NCBI GenBank assembly: GCA_963692865.2
Contig: OY843592.1
Span: 3,840,001 to 3,904,000 of the forward strand
Direction of reading: 5' to 3'
Source: a bacterium
GTDB lineage: Bacteria > UBA8248
Length of the DNA stretch: 64,000 nucleotides
The number at the start of each line of letters is the position of its first letter. The stretch's first letter is position 1. Shown piece after piece: positions 28,851-38,377 of this stretch. A program made the translations under genes and the position numbers. The notes below the pieces were generated by a model. The model made no database searches. It saw only the letters and a list, made by a program, of their open reading frames with translations, and was not told the origin of the DNA.

Positions 28851-29990
28851 CTAGGCGAAGACGATGGAAATCTCGTCGTCCCCCGCATTGCGCGCCAGGC
28901 GGAAAGGCGCATCGTAGGCCAGCAGGCCGTCCCGGTCCGAAAAGCCCATATCCGCGTACTGGCATTTGGGCGCGGTGATGGCGCAGACGTTCCCGGCCCT
29001 GTGGCCGACCTGCACGCTCAGGGGGAGATGCGCGCCGCTTTCCCAATCGGCGAACACGTCCTCGGTGGCCTTGAGCACGGCCTCGGGGTCGAAAGAGCCC
29101 GACGGCGCGCGGCCCGTCACCACGGCGTTCACGTGTCCGCCCGATGCGTTGGCGCTCTGGCGCAGGACAACCTCGTTGTTCATGGCGAAGCGGATGTTCG
29201 CCACGTCGAAATGGAAGCCTCCGAACGAAAAGCCGCTCATGAGGATGGGTTCGGGCGTCTGCCCGTCGTAGGACGCGCCGCCCGGGAGCGGCGCATCGCT
29301 CACCTCGAAATCGGCCGCCTCGAACTCCCAATCCACCGTGGGCACGCCGTCCAGGGGACAGTTGATGGAAAAACTCCCCATGCAGCCCAGATACATGACT
29401 TGCAAGCCGTCGATGAACGCCGTGATGCAGATTCTCGTATAGCTCGATTTGTCGGAGGCGGGCGCATAGGCGACGGAAGCGCCATCGACGACCGTCTCCT
29501 TCATCGCGCACGCCCTGAACAACAGGCCGTAATCGGGCGCGACGCCCGCGATGCCTGAGCCGCGCAACTCGGTGGCAAAGGAAATCTGCGCGGAGCGTTT
29601 TCCGGGAATCGACGGGAAAGGCGAGAGGCTCGCATCCTTCACCGCGCGCTCCAGTTGCTCCACGCCGATCTCGTGGGCGAAGTTGCCCGCCCGGAACAGT
29701 TCCGAGGCCGCCGCCGGCCGATCCAGCAAGTAGGCCGTGCCCGCGGCGGGGGCTGTGTCCCAGGCGGCGTCCACCGTGAGCGTGTCCGTGGCCGCGTCGA
29801 AATCGCTCACCTTTCTCCTTTGGCCAATGCCGACCCCCCGGATCGTGCGCAGCACCGAGCCGTTCCAGAAATCATCATCCTCCGCGAGCGCGGCGTCCAC
29901 CAGGGTGGAGGCGTCGGCGGAATCCGCCGCCAGCTCCTTCTCTTCCGTCGCGCCGATAGTCTGTCGATCCATCAATATCGTATCGCCCAT
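28851..29990 (-). CDS. Phage major tail tube protein (non-contractile type)
   Basis: SAQISFATELRGSG.AG.APDYG.LFRAC, YLGCMGSFSI, TGRAPSGSFDPE, NAGDDEISIVF; N-terminal beta-rich insertion; SD AAGGAGG. Confidence 0.75.
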   Translation of the reverse strand: MGDTILMDRQTIGATEEKELAADSADASTLVDAALAEDDDFWNGSVLRTIRGVGIGQRRKVSDFDAATDTLTVDAAWDTAPAAGTAYLLDRPAAASELFRAGNFAHEIGVEQLERAVKDASLSPFPSIPGKRSAQISFATELRGSGIAGVAPDYGLLFRACAMKETVVDGASVAYAPASDKSSYTRICITAFIDGLQVMYLGCMGSFSINCPLDGVPTVDWEFEAADFEVSDAPLPGGASYDGQTPEPILMSGFSFGGFHFDVANIRFAMNNEVVLRQSANASGGHVNAVVTGRAPSGSFDPEAVLKATEDVFADWESGAHLPLSVQVGHRAGNVCAITAPKCQYADMGFSDRDGLLAYDAPFRLARNAGDDEISIVFA

Positions 29991-30060
29991 CCCGTGTTCT
30001 CCTCCTTCCGTTTTGAGGCGAAGGCGCATCCTTCGCCGGTTTTCATGGCCTTTTCTTCGT

Positions 30061-30594
30061 TCAATCCCGCCGAATCCGCTCTACCGCCCGAATCCGTATT
30101 TCGGCGTAATGGCAAAGCACGTTCCCGAACGTCCTCAGTTCAATCAGGTCCACCTGCGGGGGCTGAAGGCGCTCCAGGGAGGGGACGCGCGGCGCTCCCG
30201 ATTCATCGAGAAGGCGAAGCGCCCCCTCGTCCCTGAAGCGGTCGCAAATCTCCTCGATCAGATCCTGGAAGGCCAACTCGCTGCCCGCCGCGTCCTCTGC
30301 GCTCATGATGCCGAAGAGCAGGAACGTGTGGGTTCGCCTGCCGAGGCCCGACGGGAGGAAGCCGCCTGCCGCGTTCGAGCCGATGGATGCGGCCTCCTCC
30401 CCGGCTCTCTCGCGCGTCAGCACCCAGCCCCTGATTTGAGCGACGCCGCCGCCCGCCTCCCACCGGAAAAGGTCCAGATATTTCCCCAGGTCGGCCGACC
30501 AGCGCTGATGGCCGTGCACCCGGCCCGCCTCCGGTACGCTCGATATTTCCGCCAAAACGGCGTCGCCGATTTCCCTGTATCGTGATTTAGCCAC
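30061..30594 (-). CDS. Putative tail terminator/completion protein
   Basis: AGRVHG.QRW, IRGWVLTR, SELAFQDLIEEICDRFR, FGNVLCHYAEI; position between neck and tube genes. Confidence 0.6.
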   Translation of the reverse strand: MAKSRYREIGDAVLAEISSVPEAGRVHGHQRWSADLGKYLDLFRWEAGGGVAQIRGWVLTRERAGEEAASIGSNAAGGFLPSGLGRRTHTFLLFGIMSAEDAAGSELAFQDLIEEICDRFRDEGALRLLDESGAPRVPSLERLQPPQVDLIELRTFGNVLCHYAEIRIRAVERIRRD

Positions 30595-31096
30595 CGATTT
30601 TCCTCGCAATTTCATCCATCAGTTGACCAATGCGCCCCTCGATCCAGCCCTGGTTTTCCTCGAAGGCGCGCGTGAACATGCGGCGTTCCCGTATCCCCCG
30701 CCGGGCGATAGCGCGGGCGACGAGGAAGGCGACGCTCTCGAAATCGTCACCCCGCGACTCCAGGTTCCGGACCACCCAGAGGTGCAGGGGCGAACCCTCC
30801 CTCCAAGGCGGCATTGCGCTTCCCGGACGGCGTCCGAATTCCACGGGGTCTGCATAAGGAGCGCGCGAGGCGACAACACCGCGCAACTCGCCCGGAATAT
30901 CACCTTCGATTTCGACGAAAATGCTCCCTCGCAGATTTCCACTTGCGCCGATGGACGTTCGCGTCATTACCTCGCGCCTGAGCATTCCGGTGATCTCGGC
31001 CATCGCTTCGCGCGCGAGACGGAAAACCTCCTCTTCTTCCCGCGCGTTTGGAGGCGTTTCCGCCAGGGCTTCCAGCGTTGCGCTCCGATGATTCAC
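30587..31096 (-). CDS. HK97 gp10-like tail/neck component
   Basis: GASGNLRGSI, YADPVEFGRRPG, VARAIARRG...MFTRAF pattern typical of HK97-gp10-like proteins. Confidence 0.7.
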   Translation of the reverse strand: MNHRSATLEALAETPPNAREEEEVFRLAREAMAEITGMLRREVMTRTSIGASGNLRGSIFVEIEGDIPGELRGVVASRAPYADPVEFGRRPGSAMPPWREGSPLHLWVVRNLESRGDDFESVAFLVARAIARRGIRERRMFTRAFEENQGWIEGRIGQLMDEIARKIGG

Positions 31097-31114
31097 GTCG
31101 TCTCTCCTCTCCGC

Positions 31115-31825
31115 CTAGCGATCCCCGGACGCGCCGTGCGTGAAGTATTCGCCGCGCCCCAGCGAGAGAAGCGCGTCCCAATCGAGAGACGCGCCGGCCG
31201 GACCCGCCACTTCGCCCTCCTTGCGGCCGAGATGGTTCTGGTATTTGCGCTCGAGCTCCCGGCCCAGGCGCGTGTATTCCGAAGACTTGCTCTGGTAGTC
31301 CACCGAATCCGCCGCGAGGGTCGGGTTCGAGGACTGGGCGAAGCGGCGGGCCAGCAGGTGGCAGCCCTCAGCGGCGGCCAGCCACGCTACGGCGGTCAGG
31401 TCGTTTTCGGGTACGCTCGTGCGCGCGTCGTCGGCCGTGTGCTTGATCGCGTAAAACAGGCGGAGCGTGTGGCCCATTTGAGGGGAGAAGTAGATGAGCC
31501 TGAACCTCGCCGCCGGGGTTCCTTTCGCATAGATGATCCAGGCGCTCCGCCGCAGGTAGGAGGGCTTTCTCTCCCCCTGGGGATATTCCACCTCCCGGAT
31601 GAAGGAGAGGGAATCGTCCCAGTCCTCCGGCAGGGGAAAATCGAAAGTTTCGCTGTCGCCCGCGTAATCGGCGAACGAGACGAGCGGCCTGTCCTTGCTG
31701 TAGCGCGTGAGCGCCGCGTTCACCAGATCGGCGTAGTCCGCCTCCTCGACCCCGAATTCCCGTGGCAGCGCGCCCGCCTTCAACAAAACCTTCACTTCCT
31801 TGATGATCGTCTGCCTGCCGGCCAT
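31115..31825 (-). CDS. Putative head-tail adaptor protein
   Basis: Position after capsid and decoration genes; ALTRYSKDRP, VEYPQG, ADSVDYQSKS; SD GGAGGAGG. Confidence 0.6.
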   Translation of the reverse strand: MAGRQTIIKEVKVLLKAGALPREFGVEEADYADLVNAALTRYSKDRPLVSFADYAGDSETFDFPLPEDWDDSLSFIREVEYPQGERKPSYLRRSAWIIYAKGTPAARFRLIYFSPQMGHTLRLFYAIKHTADDARTSVPENDLTAVAWLAAAEGCHLLARRFAQSSNPTLAADSVDYQSKSSEYTRLGRELERKYQNHLGRKEGEVAGPAGASLDWDALLSLGRGEYFTHGASGDR

Positions 31826-31856
31826 TTTTTCTCCTCCTCCTCGTTCTCTCGCGGCT

Positions 31857-32198
31857 TCAAGTCTTGAGCGTGAGCCTGGCCTCGAACGTAAACGAAGGCT
31901 CCTGCCCGCCGACGGACCACGCGAGCCGGAGCCAGGGGCCGACGTTCGCGAGCTTGACGAGGGTCTTGCCGGCCGAGGTGATTTGGGCAGGCCTGGTATG
32001 GACGAAAACCGCCTCATCGTCCGCAGGACCGGTCTGCACCTCGAAATCGAGCGCCGGCGAGGCGCCCGATACCGCCGTCACGTCGATGAACAAGAGCGCC
32101 TCGGTGAAGCGGCTCACCTCGAACGCCGTGCTGCCTCCCGCGGCGACGCGGGCCGCGGGTGGAGCGAGGGTGATGGTGTGGGTTCGCCTGTCGGACAT
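31857..32198 (-). CDS. Small beta-sandwich virion protein (capsid decoration-like)
   Basis: 113 aa, alternating beta pattern (IDVTAVSG.SP.LDFEVQT, WLRLAWSVGG.PSFTF), directly after capsid, SD GGAGGAG. Confidence 0.5.
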   Translation of the reverse strand: MSDRRTHTITLAPPAARVAAGGSTAFEVSRFTEALLFIDVTAVSGASPALDFEVQTGPADDEAVFVHTRPAQITSAGKTLVKLANVGPWLRLAWSVGGQEPSFTFEARLTLKT

Positions 32199-32232
32199 GG
32201 CTTCTCCTCCGAATGCGTATGCGCCGCGCTAA

Positions 32233-34314
32233 CTAGGCGGGCGCGCCGCGATAGAAGCCGCGGAAGTCCAGGACGGCGCCGCCGTAGACGTGCCTGATCT
32301 TGTAGCGAATCTTGTCCGCGCTGAATCCGCTGCCGGCGGAGGGGTTGTCCTCGATGAACAGTTCGGGCTCGCGCATGTCGTCCATGAAGCCGATCTCGAT
32401 TGTGTCCATGAGGCCCGGGTCGGCGATCATGTACCAATCGTTCGAGTCGGTGAGTTCGGGCGCCCACAAGGGCTCCACCCCCAGGCGGTTGATGAAGCTA
32501 GGCTGGTTGGAGTTTCCGCCCGCGACGACCTTGACGGGCGACTGGGTGACTTCGAACGCCTCTTCGAGCAGTTCGGTTGGGTGGACGAGGTATTTGGGCC
32601 GGGCCTGCGCCGCCACCTCGACGCCGTCTTCCCCATAAAACGTCTGCTGGCCCATCGCCTTGATGGCGGCGACGGCGTTGTCGTAGGTCAGCGCGTTCGC
32701 GGAGGCGTTGTGGTGGTCGTCGTGGAACAGCGTTTTACCGTCGTAGATGGCGGTGTTGGAGGCCAGAAAATCGAACACGAAGCCGTTCAGGGTGCGCTGG
32801 GCCGCGCGGGCGAGGCGCTGGGGGATCATGCGAATCGCGCCCATGTCGTCGTTCTGGATCATCTCCCAGGTGAGGTCTTCCACCCCACCGCGCTTGGAGA
32901 CGGCGTAGGTCACTTCCTCATCCGTCGGGGAGGTGAGCGCCGGATAGGCGGCCTGCTCGGCGACCGTTTGCAGATCGCCGTAGCCGCCGACGCGCACACG
33001 GCGGTTCGTGCGGAAATCCTTGACGGGCGTCACGGAGGAGACGATTTTCTTCCACTGGTGGAAGCGTTCGTCCCTGAAATCGCGAAGCATAGCGCGGCGG
33101 ATCGAATCCCCGAACGCCTCGCCCCACGTACTCGTCTGCAAGGAAGCGGAGAGGCGGCGCACCCCGTTCCAGTCCTCGGCGGCGCGGTGGTAGTGGAACG
33201 TCTCGGCGAAGAACTGGCGAGGTGCGAGGCGGTGGCCCGTGAAATCCTGAAACGCCTCGCTCATGAAGCGGTAGGGCCGCTCCCCGTCTACCGCCTCTTC
33301 ACGCGAACTCCAAAGCCCGTCGAGGGCCGCCTTCTTGCGGTCCGCCTCGTCCCGCATCACCTCCCCGCGCGCGCCGAAACCGCGCAGCGCGCCGCTCGCC
33401 GTGAGTTTTTCCAGCGTGGCCGCCTCGACCCGAATCGCCTCTTCGATCTCCTCCTCCGTGAAGCTCCCCTCGGCGAACTGGGCGCGCATTTTCTCCTGTA
33501 CGGCTTCGGGAAGTGCTGAGACCGCGAGTTTTTGCGCGAGCACGCTGCGCGCCGCGCCGCTCGGGGTCTTGGGCTTATCCGCCACGACCTCTTCTCCTTT
33601 TTTCTTCAGGTCCAGTTCAAGGTCCGCGTCTTCACAGGCCGCGAGGAACTGTTGCGGCGTCCAGGCATCGCCGAGTTTCTCGGCCGATTCGGGCGCCACG
33701 CTTTTGAGTTTCTTTCCGAGTTTTTCGAACATCTTCACCTCCGGTGTAGTGGAATGATTGGCGGCGAGACCCAGAATCCCGCCCCCGAGCTTGCCCTTGT
33801 GCACGACGTCGACGGAGTGAACCGCCAGAATTTTTTCGAAATGCAAAACGAGCCCACCGGCCTCCTCGCGGAACTCCGCCTGCGCGAGCACGTCGAAGGA
33901 AAAGCCGAAAGGCTCATCGAGACCCCGGGACAGCGCATCGTGCGCCAGCGCCTGAAACCACGACGCGGACCGCGAAACCGCAAACGTGCTCAAAAGCCCC
34001 TCCCCGCCCATGCGGACCTCGCGGTGCCAGCCGACCAGGTTCCTGATGTCGGGGCCGCTCGAGGCGGTGTGGTTCGCGAACGCCTGCGCGCCCTCGAACA
34101 GTGGAGCGGCCTCGCGCAGAACGTCGCCGGGCAGGAACCATTCCCCGTCCCTCGAGTAGCCGGCCCGCGCGATCAGCACCTCGAAATCCCAGGCCTCTTC
34201 CGGCGGCTGCGATTTATCCGCAACCGAGCGGATGATGTGGCCATGCAGCCTCAAAGTGTGAGAATCCTTCTGCGCCTCGGCGCGAGTCCATAAGCGGTTC
34301 ATCCATCTTTTCAA
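32233..34314 (-). CDS. Fused prohead protease/scaffold plus major capsid protein (Mu gpT-like, HK97 fold)
   Basis: N-terminal protease-like region (LFEGAQAFANH, RNLVGW, GFSFD, SVDVV), helical scaffold, then capsid (VKDFR, LTWEMIQNDDMGAI..IPQRL, YDGKTLFH.DH, PKYLVHP, IEIGF, RYKIRHVYGGAVLDFRG); SD AAAGGAG. Confidence 0.85.
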   Translation of the reverse strand: MKRWMNRLWTRAEAQKDSHTLRLHGHIIRSVADKSQPPEEAWDFEVLIARAGYSRDGEWFLPGDVLREAAPLFEGAQAFANHTASSGPDIRNLVGWHREVRMGGEGLLSTFAVSRSASWFQALAHDALSRGLDEPFGFSFDVLAQAEFREEAGGLVLHFEKILAVHSVDVVHKGKLGGGILGLAANHSTTPEVKMFEKLGKKLKSVAPESAEKLGDAWTPQQFLAACEDADLELDLKKKGEEVVADKPKTPSGAARSVLAQKLAVSALPEAVQEKMRAQFAEGSFTEEEIEEAIRVEAATLEKLTASGALRGFGARGEVMRDEADRKKAALDGLWSSREEAVDGERPYRFMSEAFQDFTGHRLAPRQFFAETFHYHRAAEDWNGVRRLSASLQTSTWGEAFGDSIRRAMLRDFRDERFHQWKKIVSSVTPVKDFRTNRRVRVGGYGDLQTVAEQAAYPALTSPTDEEVTYAVSKRGGVEDLTWEMIQNDDMGAIRMIPQRLARAAQRTLNGFVFDFLASNTAIYDGKTLFHDDHHNASANALTYDNAVAAIKAMGQQTFYGEDGVEVAAQARPKYLVHPTELLEEAFEVTQSPVKVVAGGNSNQPSFINRLGVEPLWAPELTDSNDWYMIADPGLMDTIEIGFMDDMREPELFIEDNPSAGSGFSADKIRYKIRHVYGGAVLDFRGFYRGAPA

Positions 34315-34410
34315 GGGAAACTCCTTTCTCTCCGGTGTTTCAGGGTTTCTGTTCCCGGCGAGGCGCCGGAGCCGCCCCCTCGGTGAAACAGGGGCGGGCG
34401 CAACGGCGAC

Positions 34411-34462
34411 AATCTAGGGCAAGGAGTCTCTAAGGCGGGCCGCGCAAATGCGGGGAAATGCG
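34411..34462 (-). promoter_or_regulatory. Putative activator-dependent promoter of capsid/tail operon (22-bp box plus -10)
   Basis: CGCGCAAATGCGGGGAAATGCG at 34441-34462, then 24 nt, then TAGATT (minus, 34411-34416); same architecture at 49325-49376. Confidence 0.75.
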
Positions 34463-34671
34463 TATTTGACGTCTTTTTATGCAGAAATTTGATTTTGCTA
34501 ATTGCAAATCTCAAGAAAATGCGGCAACATACGGAAAATTCTGGAGTTGTGGGCAATGGGGGTGGTCCCGGCGTCTACCGATTCCGGATAATTCGCCCGC
34601 CAACTCGAAATTCCCGGATTCGCCGAGCGATAAAGACCGCCCCTTCGACGACACGAACGAGGTTTGATCTC

Positions 34672-35964
34672 ATGTGGGGCGTCGCTCAACCGGCCTTGAA
34701 TTTCTTCCAGAAACTCTCCTGGAACCATATGCTCGACATCGGGATCATGTGGTTCCTGCTCTACCAGGTCTACATTCGATTCAAGGGCACCCAGGCGATG
34801 CGCCTTCTCGTGCGCGTGTTCGCGGTCTGGCTCGTCTATCTCGCCTCCCAGGCCGCAGGCCTGCACCTGACTTCGTTCCTGCTGTGGGCCATCTGGATCG
34901 CCGTGCTCATCTTGTTTCTCATCAATTTCCACGGCGAGATCCAGAAGATATTCTTCCAGCTCAACCCGGTGCGCAGATTTTCCATCCTGCTGCGCCGGGC
35001 GATGCGCATCCGCCTGCCGGACGAGAGCGTCACCGCCATCGCCGAATCCGCCTTTTCGCTGGCGGCGAAGCACATGGGCGCCATCATCGTCGTGGAGCAC
35101 CGGGATTTGACCGACTCCCTGCTGAGAAGTCCGGGCGAGGAGATCGAGGCGGACATTCAGCCCGCGCTGCTGGAAACCATCTTCTTCAAGGGGGCGCCCT
35201 ACCACGACGGCGCCGCCGTCGTTCGCGGGAACAAGGTCTCGCGCGCGGGATGCGTTTTGCCCCTTTCGGAGAACCACGCCCTGCCGCCCGAGTTCGGCAC
35301 GCGCCACAGGGCGGCGGTCGGCATCACGGAACGCTGCGACGCCCTGGCGGTCGTCATATCCGAGGAACGCGGAGAGGTCACCTGCGTGGAGGGCGGCCAC
35401 GTCAAGGCGGTGGAGGATGAGGAGGAACTCGCCTCCTGGCTCACGGCGCGGCTGCGCGCGGCCCGCGAGGCGGGACAGACGAAAGGACGCATCTCGCTGC
35501 GCCACGTTTTCGAGAACTGGCGGCCCAAGCTCGCCGCCCTGGCCGCCGTCATTTTCCTCTGGTCGCTCGGCGGGCAGGAACACCAGAATCCGCAGAATTT
35601 CTTCCCGCAACTCGAAAGCAAGGTGGAGGAGGAATTCCGGGTCGCGGTCCACTACTACAACGTTCCCAACGGGGTCACCCTGCCGGCCGATGCGGCGAAA
35701 GAAGTCAAAATCCGCCTGAGAGGCAGGCGCGATCTCCTGAACTACATCGACGCCACCCGCCTGCGCGTAAACGTGAACCTCGCCAAAATGACGCCCGGCG
35801 CGCATTCGCGCACGCTGTCGGGCCGCGACATCGACCTGCCGAACGGTCTCGAATTCCTGAGCGCGGAACCCAGGGCCCTGAATTTGAACCTCGCCAAGGC
35901 GCCGACGCCAGAGAAAATGACGAAATCGAGCGCCTCCACCGAAACGCGCGAGTCCTCGAACTAA
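34672..35964 (+). CDS. Membrane diadenylate cyclase CdaA fused to a YbbR (CdaR-like) domain
   Basis: Three N-terminal TM helices, GAIIV, HDGA, CVLPLS, GTRHRAAVGITE, VISEERG; further TM then YbbR-like domain (VKIRLRG, VNL..MTPG, LPNGL). Confidence 0.88.
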   Translation: MWGVAQPALNFFQKLSWNHMLDIGIMWFLLYQVYIRFKGTQAMRLLVRVFAVWLVYLASQAAGLHLTSFLLWAIWIAVLILFLINFHGEIQKIFFQLNPVRRFSILLRRAMRIRLPDESVTAIAESAFSLAAKHMGAIIVVEHRDLTDSLLRSPGEEIEADIQPALLETIFFKGAPYHDGAAVVRGNKVSRAGCVLPLSENHALPPEFGTRHRAAVGITERCDALAVVISEERGEVTCVEGGHVKAVEDEEELASWLTARLRAAREAGQTKGRISLRHVFENWRPKLAALAAVIFLWSLGGQEHQNPQNFFPQLESKVEEEFRVAVHYYNVPNGVTLPADAAKEVKIRLRGRRDLLNYIDATRLRVNVNLAKMTPGAHSRTLSGRDIDLPNGLEFLSAEPRALNLNLAKAPTPEKMTKSSASTETRESSN

Positions 35965-36040
35965 GACCTCTCTTTTCAGATACCTGGATTTTCAGCGAAC
36001 CGGGAATTTGCTTTTTTCGCGCAATGGGGTGATATTGAAG

Positions 36041-36352
36041 GAACCGGGCCATCGCCGCCGAGATGTCCAAGGCGCTTTGACGAGCGATGCGGGCAAGCCA
36101 TCTTTGATGGTCCTCGGCGTCGGCCGAGTGAGGCGGGGAGGAGCCGACACAGAAAGCGGCTCCGGTCCGGTTTCGAGAAACCCCTCAAAGGAAGGAGGAT
36201 GCGATGATATCTACGATAAATCGCTTCGGCCGTGCGGAAACGCCGCCCTCCCCGGCCCCATCGCATCGGCCGGGCGGGGAGGAAAGCAAAAGGCTGATGC
36301 CCGAATAAAGGCGACATAACGCCTTCGTAAGGTGAGACGAGTTCTCGCCTCA
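36041..36352 (+). ncRNA. Candidate structured RNA (unassigned), possibly with a 34-aa ORF at 36204-36308
   Basis: Upstream TTGCTT-17-GATATT, several nested stems, downstream intrinsic terminator; no family recognised. Confidence 0.4.
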
Positions 36353-36360
36353 GAAAAAAC

Positions 36361-36399
36361 AAAAGAGAGCGGGGTGCAACGCCCCGCTCTTCTTTTTTT
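36361..36399. terminator. Bidirectional intrinsic terminator
   Basis: A-run, GAGCGGGG-loop-CCCCGCTC stem, T-run. Confidence 0.85.
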
Positions 36400-36401
36400 G
36401 A

Positions 36402-36596
36402 TTAGCTCCCGGCCTCGAGTTTCCGCATCTCGATTTCGAGTTGCTGGAGCCTGTTCTTGATCATGTTGAAGTCGTACTCGAACCCCTCGGCGAGCAGCGT
36501 GAGTCCCTGGTAGAGCCGGTGCTTTTCCGGCTCTTCTTCCGCGCTCACCGAATCGAGCATTTCGGCGAAAACCTCTCTGGCGTGATGAAAGCTCAA
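36402..36596 (-). CDS. Small hypothetical helical/coiled-coil protein
   Basis: 64 aa, purine-rich SD, host-like codon usage, ends at terminator. Confidence 0.5.
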   Translation of the reverse strand: MSFHHAREVFAEMLDSVSAEEEPEKHRLYQGLTLLAEGFEYDFNMIKNRLQQLEIEMRKLEAGS

Positions 36597-36731
36597 AACC
36601 CCTTCCCCCTTTTTGAATGATAACGCGCACCGCGAAGCGATAAATCTTTCGCGGGAAGAATCCCGCCCCTATATTTGCTAGAATCCATCGCACCGACAAA
36701 TAAACCACATCGTTTTCGAGGAGTCATCTTC

Positions 36732-37229
36732 ATGCCGGAAAGACCGAACACGCCGCAAGTCATCCTCCGCCACATCCAGGGCACGCAGCTACAGATGTTC
36801 ACCACCACGGGCAAGCACTCCTACGTGCTCGATGAGCCCGAAACGCGGGGAGGAACGGACCTCGCCGCCACGCCGTTCGAGTTCTTCATCGCCGGCCATG
36901 CGGGCTGAGGCCTCTACACGCTGCTGGGAGCAGCGAAGGCCAAGGGCATCCAGGTCGACGACGTGGAAGTCCACGCGGAGTTCAAGCGGAATTTATCGCC
37001 GAAGTTTCACGCCGATTTTCATTCGGACCCGGAGCGGAGAAAACTCGCCATCGGCGTCATCCGCACGAGCTATTACATCCATGGCGACGTGTCCGAGGAG
37101 CAAAAGGCGGAACTGCTCGACGAACTCGCCAACTGCCCCATCCACAACACGCTGATGACGCCGCCCAGGCTCGAGGAGCGGATCGTCGTTCTGGAAAAAG
37201 ACGAAACCGCGCCAAAAGAGATTTCATAA
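36732..37229 (+). CDS. OsmC-like peroxiredoxin, selenoprotein candidate (in-frame UGA at 36906)
   Basis: DEPETRGGTDLAATPFE..AGHAG-[TGA]-GLYTL..CPIHNTL; TGA occupies the catalytic Cys position; SECIS-like hairpin 36909-36941. Confidence 0.85.
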
Positions 37230-37234
37230 CGGCG

Positions 37235-37695
37235 GGGAAAGAGCCGCTTGCCAAATAAGGGATTGTTGAAAAAGTCCTCATCGCTCGGTCGATTCCTCCC
37301 TCATCGGTCGGAATCGACCACCCCCGTCATTCCGGCGAAAGCCGGAATCCATTTTGACTTTTTGCCTTCCGCATTGATTCGTGTTCGGGCAAAGACGAAA
37401 TGAAAAGCCTGAAGGTATCCCCTTCATCGGCCCCAGACTCCGCATTCTCTCCCGCCTGGGTCGTGGTTGAAATTGGAAGGAAGATCAAAAACGAAAGGCG
37501 AAAATGGATTCCGGCTTTCGCCGGAATGACGAGCAAAAACCAAATTCATCTTGGATCCCGAGAAGAGAACGCCGTTTACCGTAGGGACAGGTCGCGACCT
37601 GTGGGACAGCCCCGAGCAGGGGCAGTCACTACAAAAAACATAAATCCTCCCACATTGGATTTTTTCTACAACCCCGAAGACACCCTTCAAAACGG
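37235..37695. repeat. IR-bounded repeat element with CGTCATTCCGGCGAAAGCCGGAATCCA inverted pair
   Basis: GGATTGTTGAAAAAG at about 37260, inverted copies at about 37325 and 37505, GTAGGGACAGG palindrome. Confidence 0.75.
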
Positions 37696-37698
37696 GTC

Positions 37699-38181
37699 TT
37701 AGTAGGAAATCCTGTCCTCCATCCGCGCCCACAGGTTGAAGGATTCGAGCGCCTCGTCTTTCAGAAGCCGGGTCGATTCCAGTTTTCTTTCGCGCATCGG
37801 CAGGGCGATTTCGTTGTAGAGAAATTCATCGGAAAACCCGATGGCGTCGGCCTCGACGATGGTGTTCCCGTAATACATGCGCTCGATTCTCGCCCAGTAA
37901 ACGGCGCTCAGACACATCGGGCATGGCTCGCAGCTCGTGTATATCTCACAGCCGGACAAGTCGAAATTATTCAGTTTCGCGCAGGCCGCCCGTATGGCGA
38001 GCATTTCGGCGTGGGCGGTGGGGTCGCAAGAAGACGTCACACGGTTCGTCCCCTCGCCGACGATCTCGCCGTCCTTGACGACGACGGAGCCGAAAGGCCC
38101 GCCGAGCCCGTCCCGCACGTTTTGAGATGCGAGCGCTATCGCCCTTCTCATGAAAGATTCCCGAGTCGCCATTTTTCTCAT
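37699..38181 (-). CDS. guaD: Guanine/nucleoside deaminase (cytidine deaminase fold)
   Basis: GGPFG, DPTAHAE, YTSCEPCPMCLSAVYW, IGFSDEFLY. Confidence 0.88.
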   Translation of the reverse strand: MRKMATRESFMRRAIALASQNVRDGLGGPFGSVVVKDGEIVGEGTNRVTSSCDPTAHAEMLAIRAACAKLNNFDLSGCEIYTSCEPCPMCLSAVYWARIERMYYGNTIVEADAIGFSDEFLYNEIALPMRERKLESTRLLKDEALESFNLWARMEDRISY

Positions 38182-38377
38182 CTCCCGGTTGGCTCCGTTT
38201 TTCCGTCATCGTTTTCTTTTTACTGCGTCTATATTTTCTCCAGATTCACCTAATCATAACTTGTTTTTGGAGCCGTTTACATTCATTTTACAGGTTCTCC
38301 CTTTATCGTCTCCAGGATGCGGAGCCTGAAACAAAAGAAACCCTACGCTGCGAAATTCGCAACCCGAAAAGGAATGG

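Noticed and set aside
28851-34314. Tailocin, contractile injection system or encapsulin
   Set aside because: No sheath or baseplate genes, and capsid, portal and terminase are present, which indicates a DNA-packaging particle.
36041-36175. c-di-AMP, c-di-GMP or glmS riboswitch
   Set aside because: Conserved core nucleotides of those families could not be matched; kept only as an unassigned structured RNA.
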